Assembly (NCBI GenBank): GCA_002898575.1
Contig: BEHT01000014.1
Location: 6,480-70,479 of the forward strand
DNA: 64,000 nucleotides
DNA from: Candidatus Fervidibacter japonicus
GTDB taxonomy: Bacteria > Armatimonadota > Fervidibacteria > Fervidibacterales > Fervidibacteraceae
Reading direction: 5' to 3'
Position numbers and translations under genes: made by a program. The notes beneath the pieces are model-generated. The model searched no databases. It saw only the letters and a program-made list of their open reading frames with translations, and had not been told where the DNA came from. Shown piece by piece: positions 55,761 through 64,000 of the stretch. Numbering within the stretch: the first letter of the stretch is position 1; every line of letters starts with the position of its first letter.

Positions 55761-56615
55761 ATGGCAATGAGAAAATTGCAGTGGATCAGTATCGCTATCG
55801 GGGTGCTTCTCTCTGGGTTGAGTTGGAGCGGCTGGCATCGCGCCGCGTCACCGCCACGCCCCTCGCCGCCGCGTCGGACCGCCACGCCCCGAACGCCCCC
55901 GATCGTCGCCATTTTTTGCTACCACGATGTCAGCGAGAAACCCAGCCGTTGGGCTGTCACACCGCAACGGTTAGAAGCCCACCTGCGGGCGCTGCAAGCG
56001 CGCGGGTTTGTCTTTATGACCGTTAGCGAAGCCTTAACGGTGTTCGGGAGCAGTCGCAACCTTGCTACACCTCAGCGGGTCGCCGTCCTCACATTTGATG
56101 ACGGGTTCCGCTCCGCTTACACGGTCGTTTTCCCGCTGATTCAGCGCTACCGAGCGAAGATGACGGTGTTCGTTTACACGGACTGGATCGGCAAGACCAG
56201 AACAGCCCTGTCGTGGGCGCAACTGCGCGCAATGGCGCAATCTGGGTCGGTAGAAATCGCCTCCCATACGGTCACCCACACTTACCCGCGCCGTCTCCGC
56301 CGGGCGCTGAAAGGAGACGCCTACCGCCAACGAGTGCTGTGGGAGTTTGCCGTATCAAAGCAAGTGCTGGAGCAGCGTCTGGGTGTTCCAATTCACGGCT
56401 TAGCGTATCCCGGCGGACAGGTAGATGAAACGCTCAAGCACCTCGCCCGCGCTGCCGGTTATCAATGGGCGGTCACGATTAACCCGAAGTTTGTGACCGC
56501 TGGCAATGACCCCTACGCGCTGCCGCGCTTCGGCATCGAACGCACGACAGACATCGCAGCGCTTTTGGAACAGCCCCTCCGTCACCGCTTGCTCGCTCGG
56601 TTTCTCCGCCGTTGA
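55761..56615 (+). CDS. Polysaccharide deacetylase (CE4/NodB family)
   Basis: IFCYHDV, LTFDDG, EIASHTVTH and LAYPGG motifs; N-terminal signal/anchor. Confidence 0.9.
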   Translation: MAMRKLQWISIAIGVLLSGLSWSGWHRAASPPRPSPPRRTATPRTPPIVAIFCYHDVSEKPSRWAVTPQRLEAHLRALQARGFVFMTVSEALTVFGSSRNLATPQRVAVLTFDDGFRSAYTVVFPLIQRYRAKMTVFVYTDWIGKTRTALSWAQLRAMAQSGSVEIASHTVTHTYPRRLRRALKGDAYRQRVLWEFAVSKQVLEQRLGVPIHGLAYPGGQVDETLKHLARAAGYQWAVTINPKFVTAGNDPYALPRFGIERTTDIAALLEQPLRHRLLARFLRR

Positions 56616-56640
56616 CAGCGTCAAGGGGGCGTGCTACTGT
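56612..56640 (+). promoter_or_regulatory. Sigma70-type promoter for the 3D-domain gene
   Basis: TTGACA-17 nt-TACTGT with an extended TG; a TTGAC-N3-GTCAA inverted repeat overlaps the -35. Confidence 0.6.
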
Positions 56641-56718
56641 TTTGGGCGCTCCCCAGCATTTCCCCCGGTCTGCTAGGTCAGCGGGGCTAGTCTGGGTAGC
56701 GAAGGAGGACGAGGGGCT

Positions 56719-57381
56719 ATGCCTGTTAACGCAGGGCGTATTGTGTGTTTTTGCGTGGGTGCATTCATTTGCGTTAGTGCGCTTGCGTGGTGGGCGGTAG
56801 GGCAGGAACAACCGACTTCTTCCCCAAAGCAGCCAGAACCGAAACCCCAAAAAACAATCGCATCGGCGAAGGGGTTCGCTGATGTCCTTCGGGAGCGGCG
56901 CCGCCACAACGCCGTCGCTGATTCCGAGAGCGTGTCGCCGGCGTTATCCACCCGACCGGAGCGCGAGCAATGGCTGCGGCTCTTAGCGAGCCTGCATTTG
57001 CGCCCTCCAGCGCGCCCCGAGGGGTGGAAGTTCAGCGCCTACAGTTGGCGGCGTTGGCGCGGCGCTCTGGCGTCCCGCGCCGGGTCGTTGCGGCGCTGGC
57101 GTATCGTGACGATGGAAGCGACCGCCTATTGCCCCAAAGGGTGTTGCGGCTCGCGGCACGGGCGCACGGCGACAGGACGCAGAGCCGAATACGGTGTCGC
57201 CGCTGTTGACCCCCGCCGCATCCCTTTGGGTACCGCTCTCTATGTGGACCGCTACGGCTTCGCTATCGCTGCCGACACGGGCAGCGCCATCAAGGGCAAC
57301 CGCATTGATTTGTGCTTTCCGACCCATCGCGAAGCCAACCGCTTCGGACGCCGCCAAGTGCGTGTGCTCATTTTGCGGTAG
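56719..57381 (+). CDS. 3D domain-containing protein (peptidoglycan remodelling)
   Basis: N-terminal TM; MEATAY, AVDPRRIPLGT and AADTGSAIKGNRIDL motifs. Confidence 0.9.
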   Translation: MPVNAGRIVCFCVGAFICVSALAWWAVGQEQPTSSPKQPEPKPQKTIASAKGFADVLRERRRHNAVADSESVSPALSTRPEREQWLRLLASLHLRPPARPEGWKFSAYSWRRWRGALASRAGSLRRWRIVTMEATAYCPKGCCGSRHGRTATGRRAEYGVAAVDPRRIPLGTALYVDRYGFAIAADTGSAIKGNRIDLCFPTHREANRFGRRQVRVLILR

Positions 57382-57501
57382 TTCGCCCAAAGCAGGTGAG
57401 GGGGGTTGACCGCTCCCGACAAGGAAGACATACGCCAACCCGTTCAAAGGACGCTCTCACCGTGCGTCATGTCAACAAATTTCCTTTCGGCAGTGCCTTA
57501 G

Positions 57502-57569
57502 AGGGCGCGTCAGGAGACGCGCCCTACGGTTTTCTGCCATTTGTCGGCGGCTCAGGAGAGCCGCCCTCC
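57502..57569 (-). repeat. Two tandem REP-like palindromes at the murF 3' end
   Basis: Minus strand: GTAG-GGCGCGTC-TCCT-GACGCGCC (57502-57527) and GGAG-GGCGGCTC-TCCT-GAGCCGCC (57545-57569). Confidence 0.7.
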
Positions 57570-58972
57570 GACCGAACCCCATTATTCAACAGATGTTCCA
57601 ACCCGACAGCGCGAGACGCTTTGAGCAACACGACATCGCCCGCGCGCAACAACTGCCGCCAGCGTTTGCGGGTTTCAGCGACGCTGGCGAAGGTGACGAT
57701 GCAGTCGGCGGGCATCCCCGCTGCCACTGCACCATCAACGATAGCCTTTGCGCCATCGCCGACGACTATCAGCAGATCCACTGTCTCAGCGGCGACTTGC
57801 CCGACTTCGTAGTGCCCCTGCTCGTGAAACGCCCCCAGTTCCAACATTTCACCCAACACCGCCACGCGGCGGGGTGCGGGCAACGCCTTCAGCGTCCGCA
57901 AGGCTGCTTTGACAGAGTCGGGGTTGGCGTTGTAGGCGTCGTTGATAACCCAGCAGCCGGGCGGCTCCAGCCATTGTCGCTGCCACCGCATCTTGGGCGG
58001 TGCAAACCGCGCCAACGCTTCAGCAGCAACTGCCCAATCAATGCCCATCGCTTTAGCGGCTGCCAACGCCGCCAGCGCATTGCGGGCATTGTGTTCACCC
58101 CAAGTCGGCAACCGCACCGTCACCGTTTGCTTTCCGTCGGTCGCCGTCAGTGTCGTCCCGTCCCAATCCACACAGCAGTCAAGCCCGCGCACTTCTGCCG
58201 TCGGCGCAAACCCGAAGGTGATGACTTTGCCCTTCGCCCGTTGCCGTAAAAACTCAGCGAAATCGTCGTCAGCGGGCAACACTGCGATCGCCGCAAAGTC
58301 GTAGGGGTCGCTATTCGGCGCCAATTGCCAACCGCCCAGAATTTCCGCCTTCGCTTCGGCAATCGCTTGGCGCGAACCAAGCAACCCGATGTGGGCGGTG
58401 CCGATGTTGGTGATGACAGCAATGTCGGGCGGGGCGATGCGGCACAGATAGGTAATGTCCCCCTTTTTGCGCATCGCGTATTCCAGCACCGCTGCGCGAT
58501 GGTGCAATTCAAGCTGCAACACCGTCAGCGGGACACCGATTTCATTGTTGAAGCTTTCAGGTGCGACGACAGTGGGCATCACCGCTTGCAGGATGGCAGC
58601 GATCATCGTTTTCGTCGTCGTTTTACCACTGCTGCCCGTGACGGCGATGATATGGAAGGCACTTTGCGATTGCAGGTGATGCAAGTAATGCGCTGCCAGT
58701 TCGCCCAACGCCCGCAGAGGGTCAGCGACGACGATTTGCGGGAGCGTCAAAGGCAAGAGGCGTTGCACTATCGCGGCGACCGCACCTTTTTGCGCCGCAT
58801 CGGCGACGAAGGCGTGCCCGTCAAACCGTTCGCCTTTTAGGGCGACGAACAGTTCTCCCCGCCGCACTGTGCGGCTGTCGGTGCTGACGCCCGTGACCGT
58901 TTCGCTCCCCACCGCATTGTGCAGTTGCCCACGCACCCACGCCGCAATTTGGCGCAACGAGAGGGGCAGCAC
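57524..58972 (-). CDS. murF: UDP-N-acetylmuramoyl-tripeptide--D-alanyl-D-alanine ligase
   Basis: LFVALKGERFDGH, VTGSSGKTTT, SFNNEIGVP, INDAYNANP and LLKASR motifs. Confidence 0.96.
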   Translation of the reverse strand: MLPLSLRQIAAWVRGQLHNAVGSETVTGVSTDSRTVRRGELFVALKGERFDGHAFVADAAQKGAVAAIVQRLLPLTLPQIVVADPLRALGELAAHYLHHLQSQSAFHIIAVTGSSGKTTTKTMIAAILQAVMPTVVAPESFNNEIGVPLTVLQLELHHRAAVLEYAMRKKGDITYLCRIAPPDIAVITNIGTAHIGLLGSRQAIAEAKAEILGGWQLAPNSDPYDFAAIAVLPADDDFAEFLRQRAKGKVITFGFAPTAEVRGLDCCVDWDGTTLTATDGKQTVTVRLPTWGEHNARNALAALAAAKAMGIDWAVAAEALARFAPPKMRWQRQWLEPPGCWVINDAYNANPDSVKAALRTLKALPAPRRVAVLGEMLELGAFHEQGHYEVGQVAAETVDLLIVVGDGAKAIVDGAVAAGMPADCIVTFASVAETRKRWRQLLRAGDVVLLKASRAVGLEHLLNNGVRSEGGSPEPPTNGRKP

Positions 58973-59082
58973 GGTAATGACACCCCATTCGCCACAAAGA
59001 GTGCAATCGCGTCGCTCAAAGTAAGACGCAGGTATACCGCGCCCTTACGACAACGCCGACAAGTTGGTCTTTGAAACGCGCT

Positions 59083-60249
59083 TCAACTGGCGGGCGGCAG
59101 AGGCGGCATCTCTTTGTCGTCGCGCAGCAGTTCGTCCAGTGTCACACGCCGCTTTTCGTCCATCGCCTTGCGGATGAGCAACCCGACCAGCGAGGCGGCG
59201 ACGCCGTTGTCAATTCCGCAATAAACCTGCGTCGGGTCGCCGGCACGAACGGCGTCAAAGAAGTTCTGTAGCAACTCCTTCGTGTCACCCGGCTCCCCTT
59301 CGCCCCGCACCGGCTCGTTTTGCCCGCGCAGTTGGATAGTGCAACCCAGAAGGTCGGCGGCGCCTTTCGTCCCGATGAAGTGCGTCGCGATGCCTGTGTA
59401 GCCTTGCGGGTTAATCCAACTGTGGGTGTAGTGGACGGTCAAACCGTTGGGATACTCCAGCGTGGCGATGTAAAAGTCGGTGACATCGCGTTCGGGGTTT
59501 TCGGGCTCCACGATGTTACGCCGCCCGACGGCGTAAGCGGCGCTGGGATGGGTTTGCGTGACCCACCAAATCAGGTTGAACTCGTGGACAGCCTGCTCCA
59601 CCATCCAGTCGCCAGACAACGCCCGCTTTTTGAGCCAGCCGCGCCAGCCCGACAAACTTGCCCAACTGTTGTGGCGGTAAAAGCGCCCTTCAATCAGGTC
59701 GCCTATCACGCCGTCGCGGATTTTGCGCACGATGTCAGCGCGCCCTTGATGGGCTCCCCATTGAAAGCCAACCTGCGCGACGACTTGTGGGTAACGCTTG
59801 CGGGCATCTTGCAGCAACTTCAGTTCGCGCACGGTAATTGCCAGCGGCTTTTCGCCGTAAAAGTGCTTGCCCGCTTTGAAGGCATCCAGATACATGACAC
59901 CGTGCCAGTAGCAAGGCGTCGCGAAGACGACGCAATCCACATCGTCCCGCGCCAACAGGTCTCGGTAGTGGTAGGGATGTTTGCCGTAAGCCTCGGGGCG
60001 TTTGCCTTGCGCCTGCTCCACGAGTTGGCAGGCGCGCTCTAAGTGGCTGGGTTCCACATCGCAAACGGCGACGACCTGAACGGCGGGCAGTTCCAAAGTC
60101 GTCCGCAACAGCAAAGTGCCCCGCCCGCCGACGCCTACGAAAGCGACCCGTAAAGGTTTGGGTTGCGCCTGACCGACGGAAAAGGCACGGAACGCCAAAC
60201 TGGCAGCGCCCAACTTGACGAAAGTTCGCCGCGTCATCCCATCGCCCAT
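59083..60249 (-). CDS. Tat-exported Gfo/Idh/MocA family oxidoreductase
   Basis: Tat signal TRRTFVK; VGVGGRG, EKP and EQAVH motifs. Confidence 0.9.
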   Translation of the reverse strand: MGDGMTRRTFVKLGAASLAFRAFSVGQAQPKPLRVAFVGVGGRGTLLLRTTLELPAVQVVAVCDVEPSHLERACQLVEQAQGKRPEAYGKHPYHYRDLLARDDVDCVVFATPCYWHGVMYLDAFKAGKHFYGEKPLAITVRELKLLQDARKRYPQVVAQVGFQWGAHQGRADIVRKIRDGVIGDLIEGRFYRHNSWASLSGWRGWLKKRALSGDWMVEQAVHEFNLIWWVTQTHPSAAYAVGRRNIVEPENPERDVTDFYIATLEYPNGLTVHYTHSWINPQGYTGIATHFIGTKGAADLLGCTIQLRGQNEPVRGEGEPGDTKELLQNFFDAVRAGDPTQVYCGIDNGVAASLVGLLIRKAMDEKRRVTLDELLRDDKEMPPLPPAS

Positions 60250-60465
60250 CGCCTCGCACCTCCTTCGGTTCAGCAGTTTGCACCGACTTCAATTTTGCGA
60301 TGCTCATCCTAACGCTGCCCGTCGTTGAAACGGCTCGTTGTAGGGACGCAACATGTCGCACTCGATGGTATAGGTGATGCCTATCGCCCCTGCCCTATTC
60401 ACATCCGCGTGCGTTACCATTTGCGTGATGAACGACACCGCGCAGGCAAAGGAGGCAAAAAGCGG

Positions 60466-61479
60466 ATGGCAGGCGAGAAAACGCGTATCGGGTTCGTCGG
60501 ATGCGGGGGCATCGCACAGCAGCACATGAACGCGTTGGCGCAAATGGACGGCGTCCAGTTAGTCGCCTTCTGCGACATCGTGGCGGAGAAAGCCCACGAT
60601 GCCGCCCAGCGCTTTAACGGGCACGCCTTCACCGATGTCACAGCGATGCTGGACAGCGTGGAAGTTGACGCGCTCTTTTTTTGTCTACCGCCTTTCGCGC
60701 ACGGTGCCGAATTGGTGGCAGTCGAACGCGGCATCCCGTTTTTCGTGGAAAAGCCCGTCGGTTTGGATTGGGGGCTCATCAAGGAGATCACCGCCGCCGT
60801 GCAGGAAAAGAACTTGCTGACTTCCGTCGGCTACATGAACCGCTATCGGCGGGGCGTCAATCGGGTGCGGGAGTTGTTGCGCGTTGACCCGCCGATTTTA
60901 CTGCTGGGCGGCTGGGTCGGGCGCACGCCCCAAGCCCGCCCTGGTGAAGGGATTTGGCGTTGGTGGGTGCAAAAGGACAAAAGTGGCGGGCAATTCCACG
61001 AGCAAGTTACCCACACAGTGGACTTGGTGCGCTACTTGGCGGGCGACATCGTGGAAGTGCACGCTTACGCCGCCAAAGGGTTGAACCGCTTGGCGCCTGA
61101 AGGTTACACGATTGAAGATGCCGTCGCCGTTACGCTGCGGTTCGCCAACGGTGCCGTCGCCGACCTGTGGGCGTGTTGTGCCGCCAACGGGGGCGGCGGT
61201 GGCATCACGCTGCAAGTGTTTGCGACGGAAACGACGGCGGAGTTTCGTGGCTGGGAGCACTCGTTGCGCCTTTATCGGCGGGGCGAAGACATCGTGGAGA
61301 TTCCCGGCGAGCCCAACATTTTCGCCATTGAGGACGCGGCGTTCGTGGACGCCGTGCGACGCAACGACCCATCGCTCATCCGCTGCCCCTACCAAGACGG
61401 GGCAAAGACGGCTGCGGTAACGCTGGCGGTCAACGCATCGCTCGCTTCCGGTCGCCCCGAAACGGTACCGACGCTGTAA
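60466..61479 (+). CDS. Gfo/Idh/MocA family oxidoreductase (cytoplasmic)
   Basis: IGFVGCGGIA, FVEKP and EQVTH..D motifs. GGAGG SD before ATG 60466. Confidence 0.9.
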   Translation: MAGEKTRIGFVGCGGIAQQHMNALAQMDGVQLVAFCDIVAEKAHDAAQRFNGHAFTDVTAMLDSVEVDALFFCLPPFAHGAELVAVERGIPFFVEKPVGLDWGLIKEITAAVQEKNLLTSVGYMNRYRRGVNRVRELLRVDPPILLLGGWVGRTPQARPGEGIWRWWVQKDKSGGQFHEQVTHTVDLVRYLAGDIVEVHAYAAKGLNRLAPEGYTIEDAVAVTLRFANGAVADLWACCAANGGGGGITLQVFATETTAEFRGWEHSLRLYRRGEDIVEIPGEPNIFAIEDAAFVDAVRRNDPSLIRCPYQDGAKTAAVTLAVNASLASGRPETVPTL

Positions 61480-61484
61480 GGACG

Positions 61485-61997
61485 CTATTCGCCCAAGTAT
61501 TCGCTTCGCAGGCGCTGAATACCTGTGTCCTGTTGCCACCCATCCGAACGGGTCACGCGCCATTGCCCCCACCATGTCCGTTCCAAGTGCAGCGTTACCG
61601 TCATCGGTCCTATCGGGACGGTCACGGCATCCACCATGGCGGTACCTTGCACCTGCACGGTAGCCATTGCCTGCCAGAAGTTGAGCAGTTGCACCCGCTG
61701 CGTCTGCACCGTGAGCCAAAGTTGAGCGTTTCTGTTGCGGCACCACGACAGCACCATTTGCTGGATGTCTCGGTAAGTCAAGCCACCGCCGTCGCGGTAA
61801 TGGGGCGCCACGCACCGCATCACCGCCCAGAAATCCTTGCGTTCCAACCCTTGCGCCCCGCTGTTAAGGGTTGCCTTGATTTTTGCTTCCGCGTTGCCGT
61901 AACACCGCCATGCCAACCCCACCAATGTCGCACAAAGGAGCGACACAGTCGCTAACCATAAGCCAATTCGCTGCGTCCGACCGACCGAAGGTCGCAT
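61485..61997 (-). CDS. Membrane-anchored hypothetical protein, possible NTF2/SnoaL-like fold
   Basis: N-terminal TM helix, then a helix-helix-beta-sheet pattern ending W(Q)WRVTRSD. Confidence 0.6.
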   Translation of the reverse strand: MRPSVGRTQRIGLWLATVSLLCATLVGLAWRCYGNAEAKIKATLNSGAQGLERKDFWAVMRCVAPHYRDGGGLTYRDIQQMVLSWCRNRNAQLWLTVQTQRVQLLNFWQAMATVQVQGTAMVDAVTVPIGPMTVTLHLERTWWGQWRVTRSDGWQQDTGIQRLRSEYLGE

Positions 61998-62155
61998 CTG
62001 CGCTCACCTGCCGGTAGGGCAAAACCGCCGTGTCGGAAAGGCTGCCGTCTCACTTTTGCCGCATTCACGCCCTGAGCACCACCGACAAAGTTCTGTGTGG
62101 CAAACTTTTTATCGCCCAACAGCACACACCATTCTGCCGCAGGCAGGTGATGCCC

Positions 62156-62788
62156 ATGATAGAGGAGCGCATGACGACGCCCGAAGAACCCGTTGCGGCA
62201 ACGGAAGAAACCCCAACGGAGACGGTCACCGAGACGACCACTGCCGAGGTGGCACCAAGCGTTGAGGAGTTACAGATGCAACTGGCGCAGGCACGGTCGG
62301 AAGCCGAGGATTATCGGGAGCGCTGGCTGCGCGTCCTTGCGGATTACCAAAACTTTCGCAAGCGGGTTATGCAAGAGCGTGTGGACGCCTACAACGAAGG
62401 CAAGAAGGAAGCCGTTTTGACCCTTTTGCCCGTCTTGGACAACTTGGAACGCGCGTTAGCCAGTTTGCACGACGGCGCCGATTTGCAAGCCTACCGGCAA
62501 GGGTTGGAACTCATCGTCCGCTTGTTCCACGAAGCGCTGAGGCGGTTAGATGTGGAACCCATCCCCGCTGTCGGGCAACCTTTCGACCCGCACTGGCACG
62601 AAGCCTTTGAGCGCGTGGAGCGTGAGGATGTAACGGAAGGCACGATTGTCGGCGAGATAGAGCGGGGCTATCGCATGGGGGAACGGGTCATCCGCCCCGC
62701 CAAAGTCCAAGTCGCCGTCAAACCGCTGCCGCCGCTGCAACCTGTTGAGCCATCACCCGCAAAGGATGAGGAGTCAAGACCGTCATGA
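62156..62788 (+). CDS. grpE: Nucleotide exchange factor GrpE
   Basis: ADYQNFRKR, LLPVLDNLERAL, FDPHWHEA and GY...ERVIRPAKV motifs. Confidence 0.96.
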   Translation: MIEERMTTPEEPVAATEETPTETVTETTTAEVAPSVEELQMQLAQARSEAEDYRERWLRVLADYQNFRKRVMQERVDAYNEGKKEAVLTLLPVLDNLERALASLHDGADLQAYRQGLELIVRLFHEALRRLDVEPIPAVGQPFDPHWHEAFERVEREDVTEGTIVGEIERGYRMGERVIRPAKVQVAVKPLPPLQPVEPSPAKDEESRPS

Positions 62789-62995
62789 CCCATTCCATCA
62801 TCGCAGAACTGGCGCAACGCTTCCGCTATTTGGAGGAACGCTTTCTGCGATGGGAAGACCCTTACAACACCTCGCGGCAAGAAACGCGACAGGTTGCGGC
62901 GTTGCGACAGTCTCCGGTCGGAGCAATGAGCGTTGGGGTTGACGGTGCCCGTGCTGGTAGGCATCTTCGGCGTGCTCCTTCACCCTGTTTTTTGA
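62785..62995 (+). pseudogene. Probable decayed small coiled-coil/TM protein gene between grpE and dnaJ
   Basis: ATGA overlap with the grpE stop; coiled-coil-like start; a TM-like segment (ALGLTVPVLVGIFGVLL) lies in another frame behind a TGA at 62927. Confidence 0.4.
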
Positions 62996-63018
62996 GTCGC
63001 TGAAAGGAAGTGACGGTG

Positions 63019-64000
63019 ATGCGTTCGGGGCACAAGGATTATTACGCCATCTTAGGTGTGTCGAGAGACGCGACACCCGAAGAAATTAAGCAAGCCTATC
63101 GGCGCTTGGTCAAAGAATGGCATCCTGACCTGCATCCCGAAAACCGCCAGGCAGCCGAAGAGCGGTTCAAGGAAATTCAGGAAGCCTACGAAGTGTTGTC
63201 CGACCCGCAAAAGCGCCGCCAGTATGACCTTTACGGCACCGCAGAGCCGACGCTGACGGCACCGTCTTGGGCGACCGCAGACCCCTTCGCCGACCTGTTT
63301 CAAATGGTGGACGAATTTTTTGGGGTCCGTGAACCGCATCGCCGCCGAACAACCCGCACGGAGCGGGGCGAAGATGTGGAGGTTGTGTTGACTCTCACGC
63401 TGGAAGAGGCGTTTCAGGGCGGCGAAAAGGAGTTGACCGTTGAAATCTGGGACACTTGCCCCGACTGTGCGGGCACGGGCGTGTTAGGCGGTTATCGGCG
63501 CTGCCTCGAATGTCATGGCTCGGGGCGCATCGCTTACACCCGACAAATGCAAGGCGTCTTTTTCCGTTCAATTACGACTTGCCCGACCTGTCAGGGGACG
63601 GGCGAGGTGCCAGGGCAAGTGTGTGCCGAATGTCGCGGCGTCGGACGCGTCCCGACGCAACGCAAGGTCAAACTCCAAGTGCCCCCTGGTGTGGAGGATG
63701 GAACGGTCTTTCGCCTGCCAGGGCAAGGCAACGCCGGCAAAGCCGGCGGTCCCGCTGGTGACCTCTATGTCACGGTGCAAATCACGCCCCACCCTATCTT
63801 CCGCCGAGAAGGAGTGCATTTGCACATAGATTTGCCCTTGACTTTCCCGCAGTTGGCGCTGGGCGATGTCGTGACGGTGCCGACACTGGACGGACACGCC
63901 GAAGTGACCGTCCCGCCCGGCACACAACCGGGCACCGTCCTGAAAGTGCCCCGCAAAGGTTTCATTAGCATGAAAAGTGGGCGACGGGGCGATTTGTTCG
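63019..64000 (+). CDS. dnaJ: Chaperone DnaJ (partial, runs off the window end)
   Basis: Hand translation: KDYYAILGV...WHPD...EAYEVLSD, then four CxxCxGxG zinc repeats and GDLYV. Not in the ORF track because its stop lies outside the window. Confidence 0.96.
   Translation, partial: MRSGHKDYYAILGVSRDATPEEIKQAYRRLVKEWHPDLHPENRQAAEERFKEIQEAYEVLSDPQKRRQYDLYGTAEPTLTAPSWATADPFADLFQMVDEFFGVREPHRRRTTRTERGEDVEVVLTLTLEEAFQGGEKELTVEIWDTCPDCAGTGVLGGYRRCLECHGSGRIAYTRQMQGVFFRSITTCPTCQGTGEVPGQVCAECRGVGRVPTQRKVKLQVPPGVEDGTVFRLPGQGNAGKAGGPAGDLYVTVQITPHPIFRREGVHLHIDLPLTFPQLALGDVVTVPTLDGHAEVTVPPGTQPGTVLKVPRKGFISMKSGRRGDLF

Noticed and set aside
61998-62155. CIRCE element upstream of grpE
   Set aside because: No TTAGCACTC-N9-GAGTGCTAA match.
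62927-62929. In-frame TGA read as selenocysteine (since selA is present)
   Set aside because: The context is a hydrophobic helix where Trp is expected, with no redox motif or evident SECIS, and a frameshift is also needed.
1-64000. tRNA/rRNA genes
   Set aside because: No cloverleaf with T-loop GTTCRA consensus or rRNA-like stretch was seen in any intergenic gap; tRNAscan-SE/barrnap would confirm.

Overview
Bacterial chromosome window with dense coding. A GC-rich housekeeping backbone (selA, copA-type ATPase, der, HU, cysM, rimO, murD, comEC, glyQ, ilvC, ribH, leuD, feoB, deoB, lacD, murF, grpE, dnaJ) is interrupted by two visibly more A/T-rich accessory blocks at about 18.96-26.04 kb and about 36.2-52.2 kb. 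The gene content (DUF1559 pseudopilin, DUF4058, PmoA/DUF6807, Tat-exported Gfo/Idh/MocA, several carbohydrate enzymes) suggests Armatimonadota, possibly Fervidibacteria; this is inference only. I found no rRNA, tRNA, CRISPR array, integrase or transposase. The best candidate for an undescribed system is a two-gene module at 19053-23480. It pairs a large DUF559/Vsr-like nuclease-RecQ helicase fusion, interrupted by a -1 frameshift, with an overlapping tail-anchored coiled-coil protein, and looks like anti-phage defence. Other highlights are 28-nt heptamer tandem elements inserted in frame into genes, REP-like hairpins with covarying stems, a JAB protease-TusA-like fusion lacking the TusA cysteine, a multi-winged-helix protein resembling RNAP delta, a structured leader upstream of a 3D-domain gene, and several gene remnants. 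All family calls come from motif recognition by eye; no database searches were run.
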